DNA of 63,909 nt, filler included, from Reticulomyxa filosa (Eukaryota; Protista; Foraminifera): assembly GCA_000512085.1 (NCBI GenBank). It is 24 parts of 24 records of this genome, joined end to end, with 100 filler letters (N's around TTAATTAATTAA, not from the genome) between each part and the next. Parts side by side here need not be neighbours in the genome. Positions count along the whole stretch, not along the records: positions 48,065 to 57,322 come from ASPP01046947.1; positions 57,423 to 58,462 come from ASPP01035701.1; positions 58,563 to 60,102 come from ASPP01029776.1; 21 more parts are not named here. One strand, 5' to 3'. Numbering within the stretch: the first letter of the stretch is position 1; each line of letters starts with the position of its first letter. Shown piece by piece: positions 49,428 through 60,102 of the stretch. Under the pieces are notes generated by a model. It worked only from the letters and a program-made list of their open reading frames with translations. It ran no database searches and was not told where the DNA came from. A program made the translations under genes and the position numbers.

Positions 49428-50672
49428 CTAAACTACTAAATCATTAGCAGAAATAATAAAATGTTGATCAAGTTGATTATAATGATCATGTTGTCCACCA
49501 ATAATATGAATAAATTGAAAATCATAACTAACAACAGAAAAAGTATTAAATAAAGGAAAAGGTAAAAAAATAGGAATTCTTTTCCATATATTTGTAATAA
49601 TATTAAAAGTATGAATAGAATCAGTAATAGTTTGATAAGGATATTCACCTTTTTTACCACCAAAACAAATAATATGATTACGTAATAAAATATAAGAAAA
49701 ACAATTATAATATTTTAAAGTAATAGGTGTATTAGATAATAATTTATAAATAAAAGTATTTATAGATTCATCATATATAATAAGAATAGTTTGTTGATAA
49801 TTAATTAAAATAAATTGATTTATATCTATTTTAATAAAACTAGGAGAAAATTTATTAAGATTATTATTATTATTATTATTAATATTTGGTAATATATAAT
49901 TTTTAGTTGATATATATTCATATGTAATTAAATTAAATATTATAATAAAATTAGGAGAACATATAATAAATAATAAATTATTATCTTTTCCTCCAATACA
50001 AGAATGTGAATTAACTAAATCATAATATTTTTCTTTACCAATAATAATATTTGTATTATTTAAATTATTTATTAAATTTATCCATTCATTATTTATATTA
50101 TTCTCATTCCATACACTTTTATAATTCATTATATATGTAAATCTTTTAAATAATTCTATATTATTACCACCAAATGTTAATAATAATATATTATTATCAT
50201 TATTATCATTAAAAACAAAATTATTTATTCTTAATACATTATGTCCATTTAAAAATTGTATTTCTTTTGGATAATCACAAATAAATTTATATTCTTTTCT
50301 TATTATATTATATGAATAACATTTTGATTTATTAAATCCAAATCCACCAAATATTAATATTTCATCTTTTATTGATATTGCTTGACTTATCATTAATGAT
50401 ATTGGTAATGGTGGTAATGATTCTATTATACAACTATGTTCTAAATAAAATACAACACGTTTTATATCATGTCCAAATGGCCATATTTCTAATGAATCAA
50501 ATAATAATACTTTTTCTTGTTCATTTATATCTTTTCTTTTAATACAAGCTAAAATTTTTTCTTTTTTTTCTGGTTTTAAAGTAAACCAAACATCTGAATA
50601 GTTTGTTCGTTCTTCTAAACTATAAGTTTCCCAAGTTTGTTTTGGTTTGTTGGTACTACTAGTAGTAGCCAT
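49428..50672 (-). CDS. Kelch-type beta-propeller protein, intronless, extremely AT-rich
   Basis: ILIFGG..CYSYN, LLTFGG, IICFGG..IHTFNIITNIW..LPFPL and IHIIGG kelch-like repeats; ATG 50672. Confidence 0.85.
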   Translation of the reverse strand: MATTSSTNKPKQTWETYSLEERTNYSDVWFTLKPEKKEKILACIKRKDINEQEKVLLFDSLEIWPFGHDIKRVVFYLEHSCIIESLPPLPISLMISQAISIKDEILIFGGFGFNKSKCYSYNIIRKEYKFICDYPKEIQFLNGHNVLRINNFVFNDNNDNNILLLTFGGNNIELFKRFTYIMNYKSVWNENNINNEWINLINNLNNTNIIIGKEKYYDLVNSHSCIGGKDNNLLFIICSPNFIIIFNLITYEYISTKNYILPNINNNNNNNLNKFSPSFIKIDINQFILINYQQTILIIYDESINTFIYKLLSNTPITLKYYNCFSYILLRNHIICFGGKKGEYPYQTITDSIHTFNIITNIWKRIPIFLPFPLFNTFSVVSYDFQFIHIIGGQHDHYNQLDQHFIISANDLVV

Positions 50673-51264
50673 ATTAAGTAACAGTACTGAGGAGAGGTTT
50701 TTTTCCAACCCCTTTTTTTACAGAGTTTTGTCGGACACACATTTTTTGTCTTTTTGTTATTCATTTCAAAATAAGTCAATCCATTCAATTCAAAATGGTA
50801 TTCAAATTTGATATTCATTTTTTCATCAATTTATTTTATTTTTAAATATTCTCTATTCGTTTCGTTCGTAACTGAGCATTACAGATCTTACATCACCGTA
50901 AAGACTCATTTATGCAAAGTACTTCGTCAATTGTTCACTGAATCGGCTAAGGAGTTGAATTTGGAACCATTAAGACAATATGATAGACTTTTTTCTTGGT
51001 TTGATCTCCTATGGACAAAAAAGTCTGGCATGGAGGGATCCCAACCATATAATATTAATCATTTTTAATTCAACCAACGTTGAGAGCAAAATTACGAATC
51101 AAAAATTTTGGCTTTAAAAAGTTAAATTTACAATATTGCTTTTGAGAATGTGAAAAAGAGATATAAATCCGATGAAAAAATGATGACAGTGTGAAAAATA
51201 AAGTGTTGAATATACGTTTTTTTTTTGGGGGATTGAGCATAGAGTTGATCGATTATTTTTTTGT

Positions 51265-52818
51265 TTAGAGTCCAACAAAGCCGAGCTCTTTTCTGACTTT
51301 TTTCATGGTTTGTTCAGCAATTTCTTTGGCCTCTTTTGCGTTTTCCGTCATAACTTTTTTGACAAAGCTCTTGTCCTTTCGTAGCCGCATGATTTCCTCT
51401 CGAATCGGTGCCAAGTGTGAATTGACTTGAACGGCACACGCCTCCTTAAATTTCGCAGTATTGTAATTTTGGAACTCGGTTGTGATTTTGGCTATACTCA
51501 TATCAGATACTGCACTGTGAATAAATTAAAAGTCCGTTCCCATGCATACACACATACATACATGTACAAACATTCAAAAGACTCAACTATGCTTTTTTTT
51601 TCTTTTTTTTTTTTTTAAAAAAAAAAAAGGGAGTTACAAATGACACCTGTAAATACGAATTAAATTGGCCAAGCCAGGCCTTTTTTCAGTGTCATACGTG
51701 ATAAACGGCCCATACGAGTCAGTCACAGCTCTGCCAATTTTGGTGACAATGTCGTCGAGAGAGTCAATCAAATCGATCCTTGACATTGACGAAGGATCAC
51801 TTTTGCTCATTTTCGAGGACGCATCCCTCAAGCTCATCACTCTTGCACAGTTCACAGTGTTTTGATCGGCCGAGGTTTCATCATCATTCAATAGATACGT
51901 CTCTGGCTTTGTAAATATTGGCTTTCCATAAAAAGCATGAACGCTGTCCACCAAATCTCGCGTGAAGTTGATGTGAATGCACTGGTCTTCTCCTACTGGC
52001 ACTAGTTGTGATTCAAATAACAATATATCCGCCGCTTGCAACACGGGGGTAACTTTATTTATTTATTTATTTTTTCTTCATTTCTTTGTTTTGTTTGTTT
52101 TATTGATCATCAAAAATTTTTTTATAAAAAAAAAAAAAAAAAAATGACAAGAAAAAATAGAAATTTCTGGCCTTGAAAGAGAAGGATCACCACATGAACA
52201 AATTATATTTATATGTATGTAATATGTACACCTGTACAATCCCAAATTCATTGCGCTGACGTGTTTTTTTGACTTTTCCATGTATTGAGGCATACGAGAC
52301 AAATAACCCAATGAACTAAAGCATGACAACAGCCACATCAATTCGGCGTGCTGTGGCACATGAGATTGCCAGTAGATGAGCGACTTTTCCAAAGGAATGC
52401 CGCAGCCCATAATCGTTGCTGCCATATTATAACATTGCTCATGAAGACAGTCCTTTGTGTTCTTTGTTGTATATTCAATGCAATGCAGTTATCTCTGCTA
52501 TACAAGTCCCGAAAAAGACATATGTACATATGTATGATTACTTGTGGTACTGTTAGTGCGTGTAAGTCCACAATGCTTATTATCATCTTCGTTTGCTCTG
52601 TCGAATTTTTATTGCACAGATATTTCCAATTGCGAATTGCACCTAGGTAATTCCCTAAATGAGCCTCTCCTGTAGGTTGAATGCCACTCATCACTCGTTT
52701 AACAGTCGAATGTGAGGCAACCTATCCTATTTATTAACCCAGTTAAAAAAGAAAAACAACGTAATCTTCTTTCTTCTCACAAAGGAATACAAATTACTTT
52801 TGCAGCTTGCTTCATCAT
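51265..52818 (-). CDS. trpS: Tryptophanyl-tRNA synthetase, bacterial/mitochondrial type, 5 exons
   Basis: [18 protein letters not shown] (HIGH), [35 protein letters not shown] and KMSKS; GT-AG introns (first 52797-52722); short basic leader [16 protein letters not shown]. Confidence 0.95.
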
Positions 52819-53270
52819 ATCTAATTATTATGGTGCAAGAGAGAAAAGTTCACCCACAAGACAACTTATAAATTTGAACGTTCAATTGAACTTTGTTCCT
52901 AAAATCAAAGTTTGGTAGAAACAAGAACCCAAAGATAAAACAACTTATCAAATAGAGATTACGATTGGTAGCTGCATTTTATCTTTACAAAGAAAGTGGG
53001 AGTGAGAAATCTCGATAGAGATACTCTGTACCCTTTGCGCAGACACTCAGTTTTTGTTAAACGCGGCCAAACTCCTCACGTAAACTCAAAGTCAAAATAA
53101 AAAAAGGGGTAAAGGTAAGAGCAAAATGGATTGATATGCAAGGAGACACTCACCAGAAACAAAAAGAGCAAAAGCAAAAAACAAAATAGTGTTCATAGGC
53201 CATCTAACTAAAGTCTTACAAATAATCTTTGCTACTCATTGGGACAAAAAGAAAGGCCGAACCAGATTGG

Positions 53271-54963
53271 TCATGGTCTCTGTTGCTGTTCATTTTGCTC
53301 AATAGGAGTACGACAGATAGGGCACAAATGATTGCGGAGCAACCATTCGTCAATTTCAGCAGTGTGAAAAATATGCAAGCACGGCAATCGACGAATTTCC
53401 TCACCTTCTTTGAAGCTTTCCAAACAAATGCAGCATCGGTGAAATTCATCTTTCTCTTCTTCCTTCTTTTTTTCCTCTTGTTTGCTTTCGTTTTCATTTG
53501 ACTTTTTTTGTTCCTCTTTTGATTTTTCCTGTTTATAATTGCAACCAATCAAAAAATTCACACTCGTATTACATTTTTCTTTTTTTTCACAATTTACATA
53601 TATACATAATGCTATACATATTATATACGTAAATACAATTTCACAAAAAGTGATTGTAGTGTTCCCCTTTCACAAGTGTGAGGAAAAAGTCAAAACTCGA
53701 AAAGTGTCAACAGGGAGCTGGTCTATGTCCGTTGCTTGGGCTCCTCTTGGCACAGGCGGAAACATTCGCAAAAGCGTTTCGTAATCCATGTTATCACCCA
53801 TTAACGCCCCACCAAACATTTGGCCTGGAACACCTCCCATGGGTAAAATGCGAAATCGAGAAAAGGGGTCCAAATTTGGGTTCGTGCCAAAAAAGGGGAG
53901 CCCACGCGAAGATCGAAAGGGATCTCCTGACGTTAAAAACTCGTCCTATCGCCCAGAATAAAGATTAAGTCCGCAAAATATATAAATATTTTTATACTTG
54001 TACATACATATACATATATGTATATATTCATACAAAAAAGTCACACAATTCCAATACAACACGAAAAAAAAAAAGACTGAGGGAACAAGGGAAAACACAA
54101 AACATTTCCAAAGAACGCTTCCAAGAGACTCCCAGACGGCAAGCCAGAAGATGAAATGCGAAAGGAAGCATTTTCACGATCGGACCCTGATTCTTGATCT
54201 CCAAAAGAAATCGTGCGATACTGCGAAACAGTACGCGGCTCTGTTATGGTTCGCTCATTCAAATAGATTCCTGTTCTTGCTCTTCTCGTTCGAACTGTGC
54301 TGCCAAATGTCGCGCGAGCTCTTCATCTGTCATTACTTGCTGGTTTTGGTTGTTAGCATTGCTTTCATTCCCACTGTTATTGTTACTTTGCGTGGTCTCG
54401 TTCATCCTGACATTATTCGAATCATTTCGCTCTTCTTTTTTTTTTTTTTTTTGAAAAAAAATAGCAAAGTGAATCAAATTTTTTGCACCCAATCAAACAG
54501 TTTCATCTAACAATAGATTTGTCAAAACAACAACAAGTCAATATTCAGAAGGAATGCCTACCATTATTATCGCCAATGCCTTGCAACTGTTTCAAATCGT
54601 CTTCCTCCTTTTGGCACTGCGCCACCTCAGTGCGATATTCTTGTTGCAATTCGTCAATTTGTGCTTGAATGTGACTTATCTTTTGCTTTCTTGCATTTAT
54701 CGAACGTTCCAGTTCGCTTATTCGAGGATCCACGTCAACATCCATTTTGTTGTTATCTTTTTTTATTTTTTTGTTGTTTATTTATCTGTTGACTTTTATG
54801 TTCCGATAAATAGAAACAACCCCCTCTCTTGTTCATATGTTTATATGCATTGTGCCACCTTACCTGCCGAAGATTCTCGGAGGTGTTTTTCTCGGCGGGC
54901 TTCTTCTCGAAGACGTCGCTGTCGCATTTGCTCTTCCACGTCATCATGCGATTGTGAAGTCAT
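53271..54963 (-). CDS. RING-H2-type E3 ubiquitin ligase with coiled coil and UIM-like motif, multi-exon
   Basis: CCICLESFKEGEEIRRLPCLHIFHTAEIDEWLLRNHLCPICR; DEELARHLAAQF (UIM-like); MDYETLL..RGA..DIDQLP; ATG 54963. Confidence 0.88.
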
Positions 54964-55744
54964 TGTTTTAGTTTAGAGAAAAAGTTTTAAAAATATATTC
55001 TTTGAAAGAACAAACGGCAAAAAGCTGTTTGATTTTGTAAGATATTTTTTAAAAAATACACGTTCACTACAGTTTATACAAACACTCTCGTTTTTTGCTA
55101 CCTTTTATCTTTTTCCCTGCATCAAATATGTTATTTAATTGCTTTTGTTGTTTTATATTAATTATTTGTATTTTCTTTTTTGTTTAATTGAAATTATTTT
55201 TGGTTCTCTAAGATTGTTATAAGAATCAAAGTTTATTGTTTTAAAAAATAAATGGCATGATTTTGCTAACTTTGAATTTACACTATTTCATTTTGTTTGC
55301 TACGTTAATAGCGCTTGAATAAGTGTTAATTGTACAAAAAAAGAATCTTAAAATTACAAATCGAACAGTCAACACGCACAATGTCAAAAAAAACATAAAA
55401 CTTCAAAGAGATCTAATTATTTTAATTATATTATTATGATTTTCAAATATAAATTTCAACGTTAATCTTTTTTAAAGCAAAAGCTTTTTTGAGTTTTTGT
55501 ATACCAGTTTATGTTAAACTATAAAATTTGATGAATATAAAAAAGATTGATACGTTTACTGTATTTAAAATATTCTTCTAATTACAGCCAACAATGCAAA
55601 AAAAAAAGGTAAAAATAAAAAAACTACACTTATCAACAATAAACAAAAATCACAATTTTAAACTAGCAAAGAAACAATAAACGCAAAAAAAAATTACAAT
55701 AAAATATTGTAAAGAAGACAAATGTTTGTGATTGACAAAAAATT

Positions 55745-57322
55745 GTAAAAAAAAATGAAATACATTTTGAAACACTTGAAGATTCGTTGATTTTATTTAA
55801 AAAAAATGTCCACTTTTGACTTAGAAAATCAATCATCTTCATAAGGTGCCATTTTGATGTGTTAGTACATGTATAAATAATATGACAAATATATAAATTG
55901 TCAAAACTGATGACAAACAGCAATTTATTGATATAAATTGTAAATATTGCAAAATGCCGTTGAAATATTCAGATATAAATAATTTGTTCTTCTTTTTCAC
56001 TGGTTCGTGTTTTACAAGAAGTTTGGCTGATTGTCAAGTAAATTTCTTTTTCTATTTTGCTTCGACAGTCCTGATAAGATAGTATCAATGCAAATCTTGC
56101 TGCTGTAGTACAAGTCCCTATTCTAAAGGTTTGAACTCGGGAGGACCCGAGGAACCCCCAGTGGGTTAAACTTCCTTTACAACCTTCTTCACTTTGCCTT
56201 GTTTTGTTTTCCTCTTTTTTGTGTCATTTCTCTTTAATTTGTTTTAATTTACTTGTTTGTTGACAGTCAGGCTCTTTGAGCAAAAAAGCCCTTTCGTATT
56301 ACATTTAGTGCGAACTCTTTTCTGGCTGACGTCTCACACTACATTACAGATCTTCGGCAATAACGATGAAATTCAACATTTTTTGCCATAATTCAATACA
56401 CACTGTACTAATGAAGTCTTTGTTAACAGGGGTATTATACAACGAAAATATATATGTGATAAAACTAGCAATATAGCTGATACAATCTGCATAAAGATAT
56501 TTGTACTCTAACATATATGTCTTTTGCATAATTATAGCATTTTGCAGTTTTCTGATTATGCACATGTGTGTCCTACAATGAATTGATAATGTTGATACAT
56601 TGATGCATGATACTGTGGGACGTCTTCTGACAGTATTGGTGCACTAACAGTAATACGAGAGGTATTTACTTATAAGAGAATAGTAGTGTTCGCAAAACGA
56701 AAGCAATTTAAATAATAAATCAAAATAACAAAGGAAAGTAAAGAAAAGTAAGAAAGCAAGAAGTAGTTTTGTTGAGGAAGTTTAACCTAATGGGGAATCC
56801 TCCGTTCCCTTGACGTTCAGATACTTATAATAGGGACTTGCCCTACAATACGTGGCAAAATAGTCTGTAATATGAAATCCAATACTATCCAGTCTACAGT
56901 AGCAGTTTATTTGAACAGTTGAAGCAAAAGAAAAAAACACATACTGAACGCGCTACTCACGCATAGTAAAAATAATAAAAGTATTTCTAAAACGTGCTGA
57001 AATAGCAATGCCACAAAATATGTCAACTGACGACACGGAATATCGATTGTTCTTTTATTAGTCTGTGAATTTAATATATGCAGTTTGTAACCGCTGTATA
57101 TACAATTTGTGTCACCTACGATAGTGTCTCCATTAATGGTTGGAAACTAATCATATTTTAATTACAGTATGTTGCAAAAAAACTGAACACATAAAATGCC
57201 ACCTTATGAAGATGATAGATTTTCTTAATGAAAAATAAACATTTAAAGCTAATTTTTTTTTTTTAAATATCCATAAGTCTTGTAGTTTTTAAATATGATA
57301 TTGATTTTTGAATAACTTTTTT
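55745..57322. repeat. Outer diverged inverted repeat (foldback) enclosing the TGT..ACA element
   Basis: 55820-55863 (AGAAAATCAATCATCTTCATAAGGTGCCATTTTGATGTGTT) is the reverse complement of 57186-57228 (AACACATAAAATGCCACCTTATGAAGATGATAGATTTTCT) with few differences; weaker inverted similarity extends both ways. Confidence 0.65.
56104..56847. mobile_element. Non-autonomous 744-bp element with about 75-bp imperfect terminal inverted repeats, 5'-TGTAG...CTACA-3'
   Basis: Left TGTAGTACAAGTCCCTATT..GGTTAAACTTCCT..CAAC versus right GTTG.AGGAAGTTTAACC..AATAGGGACTTGCCCTACA; second left-end copy at 35932; no convincing coding capacity; no target-site duplication seen. Confidence 0.75.
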
Positions 57323-57422
57323 NNNNNNNNNNNNNNNNNNNNNNNNNNNNNNNNNNNNNNNNNNNNTTAATTAATTAANNNNNNNNNNNNNNNNNNNNNN
57401 NNNNNNNNNNNNNNNNNNNNNN

Positions 57423-57907
57423 TGATTTGCAAACAAGTGGCCAACAACCCAATGGAGATCGATTGCACTCAACATAAAAATATGGATGAATCATTGATTG
57501 TTGGAGAGAATTGCTTGAATCAATTTCTTAGTCAAAACCCAAATTCTTGTCCAATCGAACTTCATGACAACTGCTCGTATTCTCAAAGTCGAGTGGCGAA
57601 GCGATACATTAATGAATTGGATGTGATATGTCCACGACAATTTCGACAAGAACAAGAACAAGAACAACAACTGAAAATGTCAACACAACAAGAACATATT
57701 GAAGGGGAAACACCTGGAATTGTTAGTTGCGATTTCAAAGGAAAAGTGAAACATGTAAATGATCATTTGGAATATTCTTGTTGTTTACAAATAGTGAAAT
57801 GTTGGTTTGAGTCATTTGGATGCACTCACAAATGTTTAAAATCAGCGATTGATGAACATTTGACATCAAATATGAAATTACATTTTGATTTGGTTATCAA
57901 AAAATAA
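57423..57907 (+). CDS. RING/TRAF-type zinc finger protein fragment (5'-partial)
   Basis: ICKQVANNPMEIDC..H..VGENCL..CPI..H; LDVICPRQ; CDFKGK..DHLEYSC..VKCWFESFGC..HL.....HFDL. Confidence 0.8.
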
Positions 57908-58562
57908 AACAATTTATGATTTGAATTTTTTTTCATCGAAGATAAAAACATTGTAATTTGATTAAGACAGAAATAGACAATGAAAGCATTGACATAATGT
58001 TCGTTCTAAAGATTTGTATTTGCATTTGCGATCAAATCATTGACGTATGGATCTTGTTCGTCTTCTTGATGAAAGCTTGTCATAATGAACTAGATTGTGC
58101 CGCTTTCGTGTTGACTTGTGTTTTTCTAATTGACTTCTTCCACAAAAAATAATGGAGGGAACAGGTGCGAATCTAATAGCAGCAATCCACATAAATCTCC
58201 GTGATTTATCGAAAAGCCCAGTTCAACAGCACTATTACAGTAAAAGTACTAATGTGCACATCATTGCCGCTGCAAAACAGCTCCCAAGTGAGTCGTGATA
58301 CATCAAAAGAGAATCAACACATTCAATACCACCTCTTCGTTTTAACAACATTCGTTTCAGTGCTTTGTCGAATGTGTTGAGTCTTTGACGGAATACTTTG
58401 GCTATCTTCCACTGTTCCTTAGACGGTTTTTTTCTACTCCAATCCTTACTTTTCGTTCACAANNNNNNNNNNNNNNNNNNNNNNNNNNNNNNNNNNNNNN
58501 NNNNNNTTAATTAATTAANNNNNNNNNNNNNNNNNNNNNNNNNNNNNNNNNNNNNNNNNNNN

Positions 58563-58812
58563 CCGCCGAAAGCCCGGCCTCGGCCATCGCCTGAATTGTC
58601 GTTCCCTCTGCATCCGCGAGCTGGCGAAGGCGCTGCCAGTCCGATCGCCGGACCTTGACCGTAAGCGCGACAGTCTCGCCCCCTCCCCTCTTTCGCCTCG
58701 GCGTCGGGATTTCCACGGCCGGGCGATCGTCCTCGATCGCTGCAAGGCTGGTGGCCTCCGCGCCGGCCTTCGGGCGGGTGAAGGCCGCGAGGCCGGTTGC
58801 TTTCTTTGCCAT
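58563..58812 (-). CDS. Small ribbon-helix-helix partition partner (ParG-like), 3'-partial, bacterial
   Basis: Directly downstream of parA; GAAGGAG RBS; flexible N-terminal tail, then TVALTVKVRRSDWQRLRQLADAEGTTIQAMAEAGL (RHH pattern). Confidence 0.75.
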
Positions 58813-58827
58813 AGGTTTCGCTCCTTC

Positions 58828-58867
58828 AATACGCGCTTACGTATTTAGCTATTTACGTTCTAACGTG
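58828..58867. promoter_or_regulatory. Five 8-bp-phased repeats (candidate centromere/operator) at the parA 3' end
   Basis: AATACGCG CTTACGTA TTTAGCTA TTTACGTT CTAACGTG; AT-rich island in a high-GC contig. Confidence 0.6.
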
Positions 58868-59472
58868 CCTTTAATCCACGCCCACAAAGCCCGGATTTCC
58901 TCCGCTGCTTTCCCTTCGGCCTCGAACTCCGTCACGGCACTGCCAGTCGTGACGGCGCGGGCGAACGCGCGCCGGTCGGTAATCTCGCCGGGAACGATCG
59001 GCAGTCCGTAGGCTTCCAGCGCCGCGCGCGTCTCCCCGATCTCGGGCGCACGGAACGGGCAGGCAGACAGGACGAACGCGCCGCGCACTTTCGCGGCCGC
59101 CACGATCTCGACGGCGGCCGGGACCGCAGCGAGGTCAAACGCGGACGGTCTGACCGGAATCAAGACCAGCTCCGACCTTCGGGCGATCTGGCCGGCCGCC
59201 GGGGCGGCATGGGGCGGGGCGTCCACTACGGCCAAGGTCATGCCCTCGCCCTCGGCCGCCCTAAGCGCGGCGTCCAGCTCCCCGGCCTGCGCCGTGGCGA
59301 CGATCGGCGTTCCGGCTTCCCGCGCGCTCGCCCATGCGGTCGCGCTCTCCTGTGGGTCCGCGTCGATGACGCAAACCCGTTCGCCGGTCGCCTCGGCCGC
59401 CACGGCGGTATGAACCGAAAGCGTGGTTTTTCCGCTCCCGCCCTTCTGGCTCAAAAACGCAATGACGTTCAT
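58849..59472 (-). CDS. parA: Short (type Ib, ParF-like) ParA partition ATPase, bacterial plasmid
   Basis: Deviant Walker A SQKGGSGKTT, IDADPQ, VVDAPP, LIPVRPSAFDL; 207 aa with no N-terminal HTH; AGAAGGA RBS. Confidence 0.95.
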   Translation of the reverse strand: MNVIAFLSQKGGSGKTTLSVHTAVAAEATGERVCVIDADPQESATAWASAREAGTPIVATAQAGELDAALRAAEGEGMTLAVVDAPPHAAPAAGQIARRSELVLIPVRPSAFDLAAVPAAVEIVAAAKVRGAFVLSACPFRAPEIGETRAALEAYGLPIVPGEITDRRAFARAVTTGSAVTEFEAEGKAAEEIRALWAWIKGTLERK

Positions 59473-59485
59473 GCGTCAATCCTTC

Positions 59486-59541
59486 TTTGCGTGAATACGT
59501 ATTGAAGCATATAGCTAAGGACGTTACTACGTCTTTAAGCT
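59486..59541. promoter_or_regulatory. Seven 8-bp-phased repeats upstream of parA (candidate operator/centromere)
   Basis: TTTGCGTG AATACGTA TTGAAGCA TATAGCTA AGGACGTT ACTACGTC TTTAAGCT; includes the perfect palindrome AATACGTATT at 59494-59503. Confidence 0.6.
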
Positions 59542-59845
59542 AGTGCGGCCATTCCTCGGCCGGCCAGTCGCGCGACGTGTGGATGACGCGCACGATCACG
59601 ACGCTTTCCCGGCCCCCCACGTCCCGCAGCTCATAGGCGATGATGTAGGGATGACGGGCGAGGGACTTTTCATAGGTTCCGCTCACCCGCCCCGGCCGGC
59701 CGGTCGCAAATTCGCCGAGCTTGTTCCCGGCGTCCTCGATCGCATCCACGACCCGTTCGGCGGCGAATGGGTTGTCCTCTGCGATATAGCGCAGGATTTC
59801 GAGGTTATCCCGCTGCGCCTCAATCGACCAGACAACCGGCCTCAT
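59540..59845 (-). CDS. Type II toxin, RelE/ParE family
   Basis: VVWSIEAQRDNLEILRYIAEDNPFAAERVVDAI..GRPGRVSGTYE..PYIIAY..IVRVIHTSRDW; ATGA overlap with the antitoxin stop codon. Confidence 0.92.
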   Translation of the reverse strand: MRPVVWSIEAQRDNLEILRYIAEDNPFAAERVVDAIEDAGNKLGEFATGRPGRVSGTYEKSLARHPYIIAYELRDVGGRESVVIVRVIHTSRDWPAEEWPH

Positions 59846-60102
59846 CCGCGCGCGGCTTTCCGGCGCTTCGCTTCCTCGATAACCTCACGCATTTCCGCGA
59901 CGGCCTGCGCATGGGGGATCACTCGGCCGGCCGCTGCATCAGCCATGCCGCGCTTGATACCGTCGATGATTTCAAGCTCGCGATCGACATAGGCGGCGAC
60001 GGCCTCGCCGGCGAGGAAGGATTTGCTTCGCTGCGTGTCGTTCGCGATCCGGTCGAGCTTTTCTTTCACATCGGGCCTAACCCGAATCGTCATGGTGGTG
60101 CT
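59842..60102 (-). CDS. CopG/RHH-family antitoxin (true start may lie just beyond the contig end)
   Basis: STTMTIRVRPDVKEKLDRIANDTQRSKSFLAGEAVAAYV..IKRGMADAAAGRVIPH; translationally coupled to the toxin. Confidence 0.9.
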   Translation of the reverse strand, partial: STTMTIRVRPDVKEKLDRIANDTQRSKSFLAGEAVAAYVDRELEIIDGIKRGMADAAAGRVIPHAQAVAEMREVIEEAKRRKAARG

